Positions 43,001-53,906 of a stretch of DNA of 64,000 nucleotides are shown here, piece by piece. The DNA comes from Myxococcota bacterium (lineage in GTDB: Bacteria > Myxococcota_A > UBA9160 > UBA4427), in the NCBI GenBank assembly GCA_041690055.1, contig JBDNFB010000227.1, positions 73,285 through 137,284 of the forward strand, written 5' to 3'. Position numbers and translations under genes: made by a program. Below the pieces are notes generated by a model, which did no database searches, was not told the origin of the DNA, and saw only the letters and a list, made by a program, of their open reading frames with translations. How positions within the stretch are numbered: position 1 is the stretch's first letter; every line of letters starts with the position of its first letter.

Positions 43001-43864
43001 ATGGCTTCCAGCCCCTACGTGATTGCGGTCGTGAACCAGAAGGGTGGAGTCGGTAAAACGACGTCCGCCGTAAATTTGGCAGCCTGCCTCGCTGCCTCAG
43101 AGCGCCCAACGCTACTGATTGACATGGACCCGCAGGCAAACGCCAGCAGTGCATACGGCATCGTCAAGGCCGATCGCCAGATCTATGACGCGCTGATCGA
43201 CCAAGTTCCCCTAACGCATTGTGCGTATGAGACGGAGCTCGAAACCCTGCATGTCGTTCCTGCCGGTAGAGACCTCGTGGGCGCCGAGATCGAGCTCGTC
43301 TCCATAGAGTCCCGCGAGTACCGATTGTCTCAGTCAATTGAGGCAATGGGCGACGCATATGAGATTATTCTGATCGACTGCCCGCCCTCGTTGGGATTGC
43401 TAACGCTCAATGCGCTCACAGCAGCGGACGCAGTGCTCATTCCGCTTCAATGCGAATACTATGCACTCGAAGGCCTGGCGAACCTCGTGGAGACCGTTGA
43501 ATTGGTGCGGGGACAACTCAATCCGCGATTGGCGATTCAGGGCATCGTCCTGACGATGGTCGACCAGAGAAACAATCTCGCGAAGCAGGTGGAAGCAGAA
43601 GTGCGAAGCCATTTCGCGGACCGCGTGTATCGCACCCGGATTCCGAGGAATATTCGTCTCTCGGAAGCGCCCAGTCATGGCCAGCCGATTCTGCTCTACG
43701 ACATTCACTCCAAGGGTGCCGTGGCCTACGTGAAGCTCGCGGATGAGCTCCTCGCGCAGCTCGCTCTGACCGAACAACCGCGCAAGCCCCCGGTGCTTCC
43801 GTATGTCCAGCAAGCCGAACCAGAACAAACCAACAAGGGAGGTGATGATGAGCCAGCGTCGTAG
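43001..43864 (+). CDS. parA: chromosome partitioning ATPase ParA/Soj
   Basis: VIAVVNQKGGVGKTTSAVNLAA (deviant Walker A), LIDMDPQANAS, ILIDCPPSLG. Start is ATG 43001 or the track's 42962. Confidence 0.9.
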   Translation: MASSPYVIAVVNQKGGVGKTTSAVNLAACLAASERPTLLIDMDPQANASSAYGIVKADRQIYDALIDQVPLTHCAYETELETLHVVPAGRDLVGAEIELVSIESREYRLSQSIEAMGDAYEIILIDCPPSLGLLTLNALTAADAVLIPLQCEYYALEGLANLVETVELVRGQLNPRLAIQGIVLTMVDQRNNLAKQVEAEVRSHFADRVYRTRIPRNIRLSEAPSHGQPILLYDIHSKGAVAYVKLADELLAQLALTEQPRKPPVLPYVQQAEPEQTNKGGDDEPAS

Positions 43865-44840
43865 TGCATTGGGCCGAGGACTAGGCGCCCTGATTTCAAA
43901 TCCTCCGGCACGCAACGAGCGCGACGCGAACCGCTCGCCCGGTGCTCCTGCCGAAGCGCCGAGCACGACGACGCCGTCAACACGCAATAGTGTTGACACT
44001 GAAAGGAGTCGATCACAAGCGGAAACGGTAGGTAGAGGGCCGCAGGAGCTTGACATCGCGCTCATCGACCCAAACCCCGAACAGCCTCGAAGAGAATTTG
44101 ATCCCGCCGCACTGGAACAGCTTGCTCGTTCAATCGGGCAGCATGGCGTGCTTCAGCCTGTCGTTGTCCGCCGAGCAGGAAGCCGATTCGAACTGATCAT
44201 GGGCGAGCGGCGCTTCCGTGCGAGTCAAATTGCTGGACGGAAGAAGATCCCCGCCGTCGTCGCCGAAGTAGATCCAGACGATCGGTTAGAACTCGCCATC
44301 ATTGAGAACGTCCAGCGCGAAGATCTGAACCCAATCGAGTTGGCCCTGGCGTATCACGCGCTTGCGGAAGCGGGGCATACCCAGGCCGAAATAGGAAGGA
44401 AGGTCTCGAAGGACCGCTCCTCGATCGCAAATCATATTCGCTTGCTCGACCTGAGCCGCACTATCCAGTCCGATGTCGAGGCAAACCGCCTGAGTATGGG
44501 GCACGCGAAAGCCCTATTGAGCCTTCAGGATCTGGAAGCGAGAGAGAAACTGCGTGCGCAGATTCTCCACGAATCGCTCTCCGTGCGCGCGGCCGAGCGA
44601 GCGGTACGCGACATCACTCGGGGCGGAAAGGTTGCCGAGAAGGGAACGAAGGCCCCGTCAGCCCCGACTGCGGCTCTCGATGCAGATACGCGGGCCTTTA
44701 TGGAGCGCATCGAACGGCATCTACAGACAAAAGTCACGCTGCACCCCAACGCAGGTGGTGGCGGTAAGATCGAGATCAACTATTTCAATTTCGAAGACCT
44801 GGAACGACTCGGGCAGATGCTTCTGGGAGACGAGCGGTGA
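43845..44840 (+). CDS. parB: chromosome partitioning protein ParB/Spo0J
   Basis: GGAGGTG precedes ATGATG. RRSALGRGLGALI, NPEQPRREFD, LQPVVVRR and IMGERRFRA. Confidence 0.9.
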   Translation: MMSQRRSALGRGLGALISNPPARNERDANRSPGAPAEAPSTTTPSTRNSVDTERSRSQAETVGRGPQELDIALIDPNPEQPRREFDPAALEQLARSIGQHGVLQPVVVRRAGSRFELIMGERRFRASQIAGRKKIPAVVAEVDPDDRLELAIIENVQREDLNPIELALAYHALAEAGHTQAEIGRKVSKDRSSIANHIRLLDLSRTIQSDVEANRLSMGHAKALLSLQDLEAREKLRAQILHESLSVRAAERAVRDITRGGKVAEKGTKAPSAPTAALDADTRAFMERIERHLQTKVTLHPNAGGGGKIEINYFNFEDLERLGQMLLGDER

Positions 44841-45214
44841 GTCAGGATGCGAAGAACCAGAGAACAAAATTTCCCGAATTTCCCGCATCAGAAGAGGCTC
44901 TGGTACCCGACGGAGGCGTCTTTGAAGGGCAGGTGGCCGTCGCGGGCCCGACGCGAATTGACGGTATCGTGCGAGGAAGGCTGCGGGGCCCCGGAACCTT
45001 GCTGATTGGACGCACCGGACGCGTCGAGGGCCAAATTGACTGTGCCGAGGTCGTTGCGCAGGGAGTCGTCATTGGTCCGATCAACGCCGAGCAGCGAGCT
45101 TGTCTCGATGCCGGGTCGCATTTCGAGGGCGATCTTGCTGCCCCGGTGCTCCAGGTGCATGACGATGCCGTGTGGATCGGGCAGGCGCGGATCGGGCAGC
45201 CCACTCGAGACTGA
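44837..45214 (+). CDS. bactofilin-family polymer-forming cytoskeletal protein
   Basis: Beta-helical bactofilin repeat pattern VFEGQVAVAGPTRIDGIVRGRLRGPGTLLIGRTGRVEGQIDCAEVVAQGVVIGPI...FEGDL. GTG start overlaps the parB stop (GTGA). Confidence 0.8.
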   Translation: MSQDAKNQRTKFPEFPASEEALVPDGGVFEGQVAVAGPTRIDGIVRGRLRGPGTLLIGRTGRVEGQIDCAEVVAQGVVIGPINAEQRACLDAGSHFEGDLAAPVLQVHDDAVWIGQARIGQPTRD

Positions 45215-45916
45215 TTCAGCGAAAGAGCCGGACGGCGTGGCGCGCGAGCACGGCGCTGTCCTTCACGCAATTACCCCCGCCGCGGAAAACACGCGTGCCG
45301 GATCAATTTCTCCGCCCCCAGACGCTTGAATTGCCGCCCTCGCGGTGCCAGAATTGCCGCCGCTCGATCTTGTAGCCACGCTGGCAGGCAAAGCGGACCC
45401 GAGCCTTGGTCAATCAGTCAACAAATCGTTGCGTCTCGCCCCATTACGAGCCGAATCGTGGTACCCACCTGCGGCACACGAGGTCGATTCGCTCGGTTAA
45501 GATCGAGCCATCGGAGCCGCAGGACCCGTCAAAGGTTCCGATGCCAACCAGTGTGACGCCAGCGAGAAGCGACCCAACATCGGCTGGCGATCGGGCCAAC
45601 TAACGAGCAACTCATAACCCGAATCAAACGCAACTAGAGCAAACCAGAGCTCAACCAAGCCCGAAAAAAACCAAATACGGATCCGGGACCCAAAGAAAAT
45701 CAAGCGCCACGCGATCGAATCAACGAAGCGTGACGCGTACTCAGAGCCCCTGCGGCGCCACAAAGCCCATGAGCCGAGGAATTGAAATTGACGGATGACT
45801 CAACACATTCATCCGGGAGCGATCACTTCGTGCGAAAAAGCCCAAATTCGTCCACTCGCGGTAAAGAAATCGAAACTTCGAGTGCTTCTCGTCCTTCTTA
45901 TATACTGAGCCGGCCG

Positions 45917-46480
45917 ATGAGCCCAGTCACTCGCGGCGCGTTTGCAATGCTTGTGGCCGGAGTCGTGGCCACAGTGGCCTTTGATCCTTCGGCTGCGCTG
46001 GCCTCAGACCAACTTGAGCTGATTCCGGACTACGCGCTTTTTGGCCTTTTAGGATACGGGCCTGGCCTCGGCCTGATGTGGAAGATGCTGATCGGCTTTT
46101 CGCTGCTCGTGTTTCCGCTCAACCTGCTTATCTTCCAGCCGATCTTCGGTGCGCTCAATGAACGTGCAGAACGGATCCAGGGCGCACGTATCCGCTCGAA
46201 CCAGCTTCAAGCTGAGGCAGACAATGTGCTCGAACGATATGAATCGACAATCCGCGAAGCCCGCAGCGATTCCGAATCCGACCGCCAAGTGCAGTTGTTA
46301 GGCGCGCGTGAAGAACAAAGTAATTTGACGAAGCAGGCGCGAAGCGAAGCCGAGCACGAACTTGAGGCGGCGCGATCCGAACTCGAACTCTCCCTCGAAG
46401 ATGCGCGCAGTACGCTCCGCGCCAGCGCTGAAGACCTCGCCCAAGCGGCGGCTGAACAAGTCTTGGGAAGGGCACTTTAA
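45917..46480 (+). CDS. F0F1 ATP synthase subunit b' (b-like)
   Basis: Single N-terminal TM, then a long charged helix PIFGALNERAERIQG...EAE.... First gene of the atp F1 cluster. Start ATG 45917 is chosen over the track's TTG 45782. Confidence 0.7.
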   Translation: MSPVTRGAFAMLVAGVVATVAFDPSAALASDQLELIPDYALFGLLGYGPGLGLMWKMLIGFSLLVFPLNLLIFQPIFGALNERAERIQGARIRSNQLQAEADNVLERYESTIREARSDSESDRQVQLLGAREEQSNLTKQARSEAEHELEAARSELELSLEDARSTLRASAEDLAQAAAEQVLGRAL

Positions 46481-46482
46481 TC

Positions 46483-47136
46483 ATGAAGAACGCTCCGAAT
46501 CCGACTCCCCACAAGGCATCCAAGACGCCTAAGACCCAGACCGCGAGCAGAACCCAACTCATGCGTATCGCTCTGACTCTTTTCTTCGTAGGCATGGCTG
46601 GCGTGGCCCAAGCCGCCGGTGCAGAGAAGACCGACGCAGAACTCATGAAAGAAGCGATCTGGCAGGGGATCAACCTCATCCTGATCATCGGCGTGATCTG
46701 GTACTTCGGACGCGGCCCCATCAGCGAATTCTTTTCCGGCAGACGCGAGGGCATTCGTAACGAGCTCGCAGAATCCGCTGACCTCCTGCGCCAGGCAGAA
46801 ATTCGCAACTCCGAGCTCCAGCGAAAGCTGGTTGATCTCGCAAGCGAAGTGGCGAGTATCAAGACGACCGCAACGGCACGTGCGCAGGAAGAAGCAGCTC
46901 GCATCCTTTCGGACGCGGAAGCGACCGCGGAGCGAATTCGAACAGATGCCAAGGCCGCGATCGAGCAGGAGCTCAACCGAGCGAAGTCAAAGCTGAGGGA
47001 CGAAGCCGCTGACCTCGCTCTGCAGTTGGCGTCCCAAAAGCTCAAGGACAATGTCGGGGACGCGGATCGCGACCGACTGATCGACGAATTTATCACTCGC
47101 GTTGAACCGTCGGCCGATGCCGGCGCGCGCAGCTAG
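46483..47136 (+). CDS. atpF: F0F1 ATP synthase subunit b
   Basis: TM INLILIIGVIWYFGRGPISEFFSGRREGI, then a charged coiled coil. Confidence 0.8.
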   Translation: MKNAPNPTPHKASKTPKTQTASRTQLMRIALTLFFVGMAGVAQAAGAEKTDAELMKEAIWQGINLILIIGVIWYFGRGPISEFFSGRREGIRNELAESADLLRQAEIRNSELQRKLVDLASEVASIKTTATARAQEEAARILSDAEATAERIRTDAKAAIEQELNRAKSKLRDEAADLALQLASQKLKDNVGDADRDRLIDEFITRVEPSADAGARS

Positions 47137-47146
47137 GAGCCCATCC

Positions 47147-47725
47147 ATGAAGGGCGGTACCGCGGCCTATCGATATGCGAAGGCCCTATTCAGTCTGGCG
47201 CAGGATGACCATCGTCATCGTGAAGTGCGCAGCGAAATCGAAGCGCTTCGCGACTTGTTCGACGGCACGCGAGAAATTCGCGATGCGCTTCTCACACCGG
47301 CGCATCCGGCGAGCGAGCGAAAGGCGGCGCTCCGCGCGATCGCCGATCACGCCTCGATCAGCCCGGTGGTCAAAAATTTCGTCTCGTATTTGATCGATCA
47401 GCGTCGCTTGATCAATTTTAACGACATCGTCGAATCGTACGGTCAACTCGCCGATCGGGCAGAGGGCATGGTCACGGCGGAAGTCGTTTCTGCGAGTCCG
47501 ATGGATGATCGACGTAAAGACCGCCTGCGCCGCGCGCTCTCCGAGCGCACAGGCCAGGAAGTCCGTCTGGAGATCGAGGTTGATCCCTCGCTCATCGGCG
47601 GCGCCATCGCGAAGGTCGGAGACCTTGTCTTCGACGGCAGCCTACGCACGCAACTCGGACAGTTGCGCGCCAACCTTTCCGGTACGGCCAGTACCGGCGC
47701 TTCTAACGCTACGAAGGGATCCTGA
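47147..47725 (+). CDS. atpH: F0F1 ATP synthase subunit delta (OSCP)
   Basis: AGGAG is 7 nt before ATG 47147. AAYRYAKALFSLA...IGGAIAKVGDLVFDGSLRTQL. Confidence 0.85.
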   Translation: MKGGTAAYRYAKALFSLAQDDHRHREVRSEIEALRDLFDGTREIRDALLTPAHPASERKAALRAIADHASISPVVKNFVSYLIDQRRLINFNDIVESYGQLADRAEGMVTAEVVSASPMDDRRKDRLRRALSERTGQEVRLEIEVDPSLIGGAIAKVGDLVFDGSLRTQLGQLRANLSGTASTGASNATKGS

Positions 47726-47728
47726 AAG

Positions 47729-49282
47729 ATGGACATCAAGCCCGGAGAAATCACCGATATCCTCAAGCGGGAGATCAAGGATTACGACCGCGAGATCGAC
47801 GTCGCCGAAACCGGAACGGTTTTGAGCGCCGGTGACGGTATCGCTCGTGTCTATGGCCTCGAAAACGCACTCGCCGGCGAGCTCGTCGAATTTGCGGGCG
47901 GCCTGCGCGGCATGGTCCTCAACCTTGAGGAAGACAATGTCGGTGTGGCCATCATGGGTGGCTCACGCAGCGTGAAGGAAGGCGATCTCGTTCGCCGAAC
48001 CGGACGCATCATCGAGGTTCCGGTCGGGGAGCAGCTACTCGGTCGCGTGGTAGACGCACTCGGCGTGGCCATCGACGGCAAGGGTCCCATAAGCAACGAG
48101 GTGACTCGCCAGGTTGAGCTCAAGGCCCCGGGCATTGTTGCTCGTAAGTCGGTCGATGAATCGATGGCGACGGGCATCAAGGCAATTGACGCCATGGTGC
48201 CGATTGGTCGTGGACAGCGCGAGCTGATCATTGGCGATCGCCAGACGGGCAAGACCGCGATTGCGATCGATACGATCATCAACCAGAAGGGCAAGGACGT
48301 GATCTGCGTCTATGTCGCCATCGGCCAGAAGCAGTCGACGGTTGCGCAGGTTGTGGACAAGCTGAAGCAGCACGGCGCGATGGACTACACCATCGTGGTC
48401 GCCGCAACGGCCGCCGATCCGGCCCCGCTCCAGTACATCGCGCCGTACACCGGCGTCACGATGGCTGAGCATTTCGGACATAACGGCAAGCACGTCCTCA
48501 TCGTTTATGATGATCTCTCCAAGCAGGCCGTGGCGTATCGCCAGCTCTCGCTTCTTCTGCGCCGGCCGCCGGGACGTGAAGCGTATCCGGGCGACGTGTT
48601 TTACGTCCATTCGCGACTCCTTGAGCGCGCATGCAAGCTCTCCGATGCACTCGGTGGCGGTTCTATTACGGCCCTTCCGATCATTGAGACCCAGGGCGGC
48701 GACGTGTCGGCCTATATCCCGACGAATGTTATTTCCATTACGGATGGCCAGATCTTCCTCGAAACGGATCTGTTCAACTCGGGTGTTCGGCCCGCCATTA
48801 ACGTCGGTCTTTCGGTGTCGCGCGTCGGCGGTGCTGCGCAGACCAAGGCCACGAAGGCGGTCGCGGGTCAGCTCAAGCTTAACCTCGCGCAGTACCGCGA
48901 AATGGCGGCGTTCGCGCAGTTCGGTTCGGACCTCGATGCGGCGACGCAGGAACAGCTCGCCAATGGCGCACGGCAGACGGAGATCCTCAAGCAGGGCCAG
49001 TATTCGCCGCTCGCGATGGCAGAGCAGGTCGTCTCGATCTACGCCTCGACGCCCCGGCAGGGTCGAGAATCCTGGATCCGCCGGCTCGAGCTGACTGATA
49101 TCGGGCGATACGAGGAGGAGATGCTTGATTGGATGCGGTCGAGCAACGGCGACATTCTTTCGGCGATCAAGGACTCGGGCAAATTCGAAGACGCGACGGA
49201 ACAAAAGTTGGTCGCCGCGCTCGACGAGTTCGCGAAGATCTTCCAGCCCACGGTTGGAAAGAGCAAGACTGAGGCCGCCTAA
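47729..49282 (+). CDS. atpA: F0F1 ATP synthase subunit alpha
   Basis: [20 protein letters not shown] (P-loop) and full-length alpha-subunit similarity. Confidence 0.97.
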   Translation: MDIKPGEITDILKREIKDYDREIDVAETGTVLSAGDGIARVYGLENALAGELVEFAGGLRGMVLNLEEDNVGVAIMGGSRSVKEGDLVRRTGRIIEVPVGEQLLGRVVDALGVAIDGKGPISNEVTRQVELKAPGIVARKSVDESMATGIKAIDAMVPIGRGQRELIIGDRQTGKTAIAIDTIINQKGKDVICVYVAIGQKQSTVAQVVDKLKQHGAMDYTIVVAATAADPAPLQYIAPYTGVTMAEHFGHNGKHVLIVYDDLSKQAVAYRQLSLLLRRPPGREAYPGDVFYVHSRLLERACKLSDALGGGSITALPIIETQGGDVSAYIPTNVISITDGQIFLETDLFNSGVRPAINVGLSVSRVGGAAQTKATKAVAGQLKLNLAQYREMAAFAQFGSDLDAATQEQLANGARQTEILKQGQYSPLAMAEQVVSIYASTPRQGRESWIRRLELTDIGRYEEEMLDWMRSSNGDILSAIKDSGKFEDATEQKLVAALDEFAKIFQPTVGKSKTEAA

Positions 49283-50170
49283 GTGCCGAACCTGAAAGAC
49301 ATCAAGCGACGCATCGTCAGCGTCCAATCGACGCAGAAGATCACGTCTGCCATGAAAATGGTGGCTGCGGCAAAGCTGCGACGTGCCCAGGATTCGATCG
49401 AGAGAGCGCGTCCCTATGCGACGCGCATGCGATCGACGCTTGAGGAAGTTTCGAAGGGCACCCTCGAAGAGACGCATCCTCTCCTCGAAGTCCACGAAGA
49501 CCGCAAGGCACTTGAGGTCGTCGTCGTGACGTCCGATCGCGGCCTCGCGGGCGGCTTCAACTCGGCCGTCTGCAAACAAGCGGACAGAGTGTTGGCGGCC
49601 CGCGGTGCGGACTTTTCGAAGATCGGGCTGACGCTTCTCGGGAAAAAAGGGGGCGAATATTTCCGCCGCCGGCGACCGAGCCAGATCACCCATGCGGCGG
49701 CGATCGATGGCGACGTGACGTACGCGCAAGCGGCGGATGTGGCTCGCGAACTCGCGCGGCGCTACGAAGCCGGCGAGCTCGATGAAGTGATCTTGGTCTT
49801 CAGCGAATTCGTTTCGACGATGACGCAGACGCCCAGGTCGTCCTCGCTTTTGCCATTCACGCCACCGGCAGCGACTTCAGCAGCAGGGGGGGATGGCTGC
49901 GAAGACGCGTCACTTCCCTTCGAGATCGAGCCGGATCCGGAAGCGCTGCTTGCGGCGCTCGTTCCGAAGGCGGTCGAGATCGAAGTGTTCCGCGCTCTGC
50001 TTGAGAATCAGGCTGGCGAACACGCGGCTCGAATGACTGCGATGGAAGCGGCGACGAAGAATACGGAAGAGCTGATCGAAGCCCTTAGCCTCAAGTACAA
50101 CCGCGCACGTCAGGCTGCGATTACGAGTGAGCTTGTTGAGATCGTGACCGGCGCGCAGGCGCTGGAGTAG
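49283..50170 (+). CDS. atpG: F0F1 ATP synthase subunit gamma
   Basis: MPNLKDIKRRIVSVQSTQKITSAMKMVAAAKLRRAQ...ITSELVEIVTGAQAL. Confidence 0.95.
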   Translation: MPNLKDIKRRIVSVQSTQKITSAMKMVAAAKLRRAQDSIERARPYATRMRSTLEEVSKGTLEETHPLLEVHEDRKALEVVVVTSDRGLAGGFNSAVCKQADRVLAARGADFSKIGLTLLGKKGGEYFRRRRPSQITHAAAIDGDVTYAQAADVARELARRYEAGELDEVILVFSEFVSTMTQTPRSSSLLPFTPPAATSAAGGDGCEDASLPFEIEPDPEALLAALVPKAVEIEVFRALLENQAGEHAARMTAMEAATKNTEELIEALSLKYNRARQAAITSELVEIVTGAQALE

Positions 50171-50332
50171 GGCTCGGATAAATAAATTTTGGTTGCGGCC
50201 GCCCTCAATCGCCCTAAATAGGGGCGAATACAGGCCACAAGAGACACCGCAACGCTAACGAGCACGCAGCTGCCGACCCCGCAGCCCGCATGCGACAGCC
50301 AGAACGACACCGACCCAGATCGTGTGGCCTAA

Positions 50333-51784
<1,452 letters not shown>

Positions 51785-51792
51785 TTGGAGCG

Positions 51793-51867
51793 ACTTTCGT
51801 ATGAGTAACTCTGGCATGAGCAACTCTCGCATCAGGAACTTTCATGCGAGTGTCTTTCGTGCGAGTA
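51793..51867. repeat. five imperfect 15-bp tandem units in the atpD-atpC spacer
   Basis: ACTTTCGTATGAGTA / ACTCTGGCATGAGCA / ACTCTCGCATCAGGA / ACTTTCATGCGAGTG / TCTTTCGTGCGAGTA, followed by AAAAGGAG and the atpC GTG. Confidence 0.85.
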
Positions 51868-51882
51868 AAAAGGAGTCTAGGC

Positions 51883-52290
51883 GTGGCTGTTGAACTCGTC
51901 GTCGTGACGCCGGAAGGCGAAGCGCTTTCCGAACAAGTCGAACAAGTTGTTCTGCCCGGTGAGGCGGGGGAATTTGGCGTGCTCGAAAGTCACGAACGAT
52001 TCCTGACGCCCCTGAAGCTCGGGCCGATGCAGATCATACGAAGCAGTGGCTCGGAATGGGCCGCGATTTCGAGTGGCTTCGCAGAAGTCGATGGGGCGCG
52101 CGTTGTCGTGCTCGTTGATTCCTGCGCGCTGGCCAGCAAGATCGATGGCGCAGCCGCCGAGTCGCGGCGCGCAGAGGCCGATAGCGAACTAGGAAGACTC
52201 GCCGATAGCGACGAGACTGCCGGGGAGCGCGCGCGTCTCGAAGCGGTTGTGGCGCGGGCTACCCTCGAAGTCGACGTCGCCGGCCGTTAG
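51883..52290 (+). CDS. atpC: F0F1 ATP synthase subunit epsilon
   Basis: AAGGAG is 7 nt before GTG 51883. VELVVVTPEGEALSEQVEQVVLPGEAGEFGVLESHERFLTPL. Confidence 0.9.
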   Translation: MAVELVVVTPEGEALSEQVEQVVLPGEAGEFGVLESHERFLTPLKLGPMQIIRSSGSEWAAISSGFAEVDGARVVVLVDSCALASKIDGAAAESRRAEADSELGRLADSDETAGERARLEAVVARATLEVDVAGR

Positions 52291-52303
52291 TTCGGCTCAG
52301 CGA

Positions 52304-53167
52304 GTGGAGTCGTTGCCTCCGTCGCCTCCGTCGGGATCGTCGATTCGGCTCTACCGTGATCGATTTCCGGGCCGATCCGTGCTGGATACGGCCATTTCGC
52401 ACGCGTTATTGCGTCGCGTCGGAAACGGTCGGACAGGCGAGAGTCTTCGACTCTACCGTCCCGATAACGCGCTTCTCTTTTCAAGTCTCGATGCTCGGCG
52501 TGAGGGCTACGCCGATGCGATCGCGATCGCGCGCGCGGCAGGCTTTGAACCTGTCATCCGACTCGCGGGTGGCCATGCCGCCGTCTTTCTTGACTCTGCG
52601 CTGGCCTTCGCATGGGCGACGCCGGATGCCAACGCCAACCTACATATTCGTGAACGATTCGAAACGCTGACGCGCTGGTTTGTCACCGCATTGCAAGCAC
52701 TCGGTCTCGACGCACGCGTCGGAGAAGTGCCGGGAGAATATTGCCCGGGTGAATACAGCATCAATCTCGCCGGCCGATTCAAAGTGATGGGTGTGGGACA
52801 ACGCGTCATTCGCGGTGCGGCCCATGTCGGTGGTGTGCTGACGATCGCGCAAACCGAAACGCTCCGTGAAATTCTGATTCCCATCTATCAAGCGCTCGAC
52901 CTCGAATTCGCTCCCGAAACGGCGGGTGGGATAGCGGATCTAGAGCCTGACCTGACCGCTGAGCACGTGATCTCCGCCCTGCGCGATGTGCTGATAGCGG
53001 AAGACTATTGCCTCGAAGACGAAGCCTTCGATGCGCCGCTGCAAGACGAAGCGCAGGCTTTCGTGCGTCATCACGAGGCCGAACGAGGAAATCAGAAAGC
53101 AGGGAATCACGCGCCGCTTCTTCAAGCAAACCGGGGCAAGGCCCTGATCCAGCCCGATTCCGAGTAA
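52304..53167 (+). CDS. biotin/lipoate A/B protein ligase family protein (LplA-like)
   Basis: LRLYRP..ALLFSSLD, RLAGGHAAVFLD (compare RRxSGGGAVFHD) and GRFKVMGVGQRV (Lys motif). Start uncertain (GTG 52304 chosen). Confidence 0.68.
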   Translation: MESLPPSPPSGSSIRLYRDRFPGRSVLDTAISHALLRRVGNGRTGESLRLYRPDNALLFSSLDARREGYADAIAIARAAGFEPVIRLAGGHAAVFLDSALAFAWATPDANANLHIRERFETLTRWFVTALQALGLDARVGEVPGEYCPGEYSINLAGRFKVMGVGQRVIRGAAHVGGVLTIAQTETLREILIPIYQALDLEFAPETAGGIADLEPDLTAEHVISALRDVLIAEDYCLEDEAFDAPLQDEAQAFVRHHEAERGNQKAGNHAPLLQANRGKALIQPDSE

Positions 53168-53360
53168 GCTCCCTTCGCCGGCTGCGTCCTCATCAACGAA
53201 TCCCCCCGAGTCCAATCCAACCCAACCCGGCTCCCGAATACCGACAACTGCGAGTCGCACCGGGTGTCCCACGCCAAACCTTGCTCCCTCGAATGCCCGC
53301 ACGCGCAGGGTGTGCTTTGCTTCCAGCGTTCACGCTCATCCACGATCCAAGGAGTTCTTC

Positions 53361-53906
53361 ATGTCCGGTTCCCATTCGATTCGTACTCAGGAAAAAGCCG
53401 TCCGATCAACGTGTTCGGTTCTTATGTTGCGCGGCGCCCGCATGACGCTCCTGGTCTGCTTCATGGCGAGCCTTTTTGCCGTTTCAGCCTACGCGGACGG
53501 CCACGAGGCCGACGTTGCTATGACCAAGTATCGACAGACGATGATGTCGGGTGTCGGCGCCAATATGGGCGCGATGAGCGGCATCATGAAGAACAGCCTA
53601 AACCTGCCGGGGCACGTCGCGAACCATGCGGGCCAGCTCGCCGAGAGCGCCCAGCTGATTGCTGCCGCCTTCCGAACGAAGACGACGACGACGGACACGG
53701 ATGCGAAGGCAGAAATTTGGACGGACTGGAAAAGCTTCGAAATGGCCATCGCTGATTTTGAAGCAGCGGCTAAGACCCTTCAGACGGCAGCCGCAAGCGA
53801 CGACTCCGCCGCGGTCGGACCGGCGATGCGCGCGCTTGGCAAGAGCTGCGGTGGATGCCATAAGACCTTCCGAAAGCCAAAAGAAGAATCGTACAAGAAC
53901 AAGTGA
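53361..53906 (+). CDS. class II c-type cytochrome (cytochrome c'/c556 family)
   Basis: AAGGAG is 7 nt before ATG 53361. Signal-like N-terminus, four-helix-bundle length, and a single C-terminal haem motif CGGCHK. Confidence 0.72.
   Translation: MSGSHSIRTQEKAVRSTCSVLMLRGARMTLLVCFMASLFAVSAYADGHEADVAMTKYRQTMMSGVGANMGAMSGIMKNSLNLPGHVANHAGQLAESAQLIAAAFRTKTTTTDTDAKAEIWTDWKSFEMAIADFEAAAKTLQTAAASDDSAAVGPAMRALGKSCGGCHKTFRKPKEESYKNK

Noticed and set aside
48035-49729. 564-aa minus-strand ORF antisense to atpA/atpG. Similar long antisense ORFs occur at 766-2217, 3806-4762, 16027-16911, 19148-20047, 21191-22009, 31083-32210, 34057-34854, 35894-36724 and 50255-51346.
   Set aside because: Each lies opposite a gene with unmistakable conserved motifs. 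Their translations are Arg/Ala/Gly-rich with no recognisable domains, which is typical of high-GC shadow ORFs.
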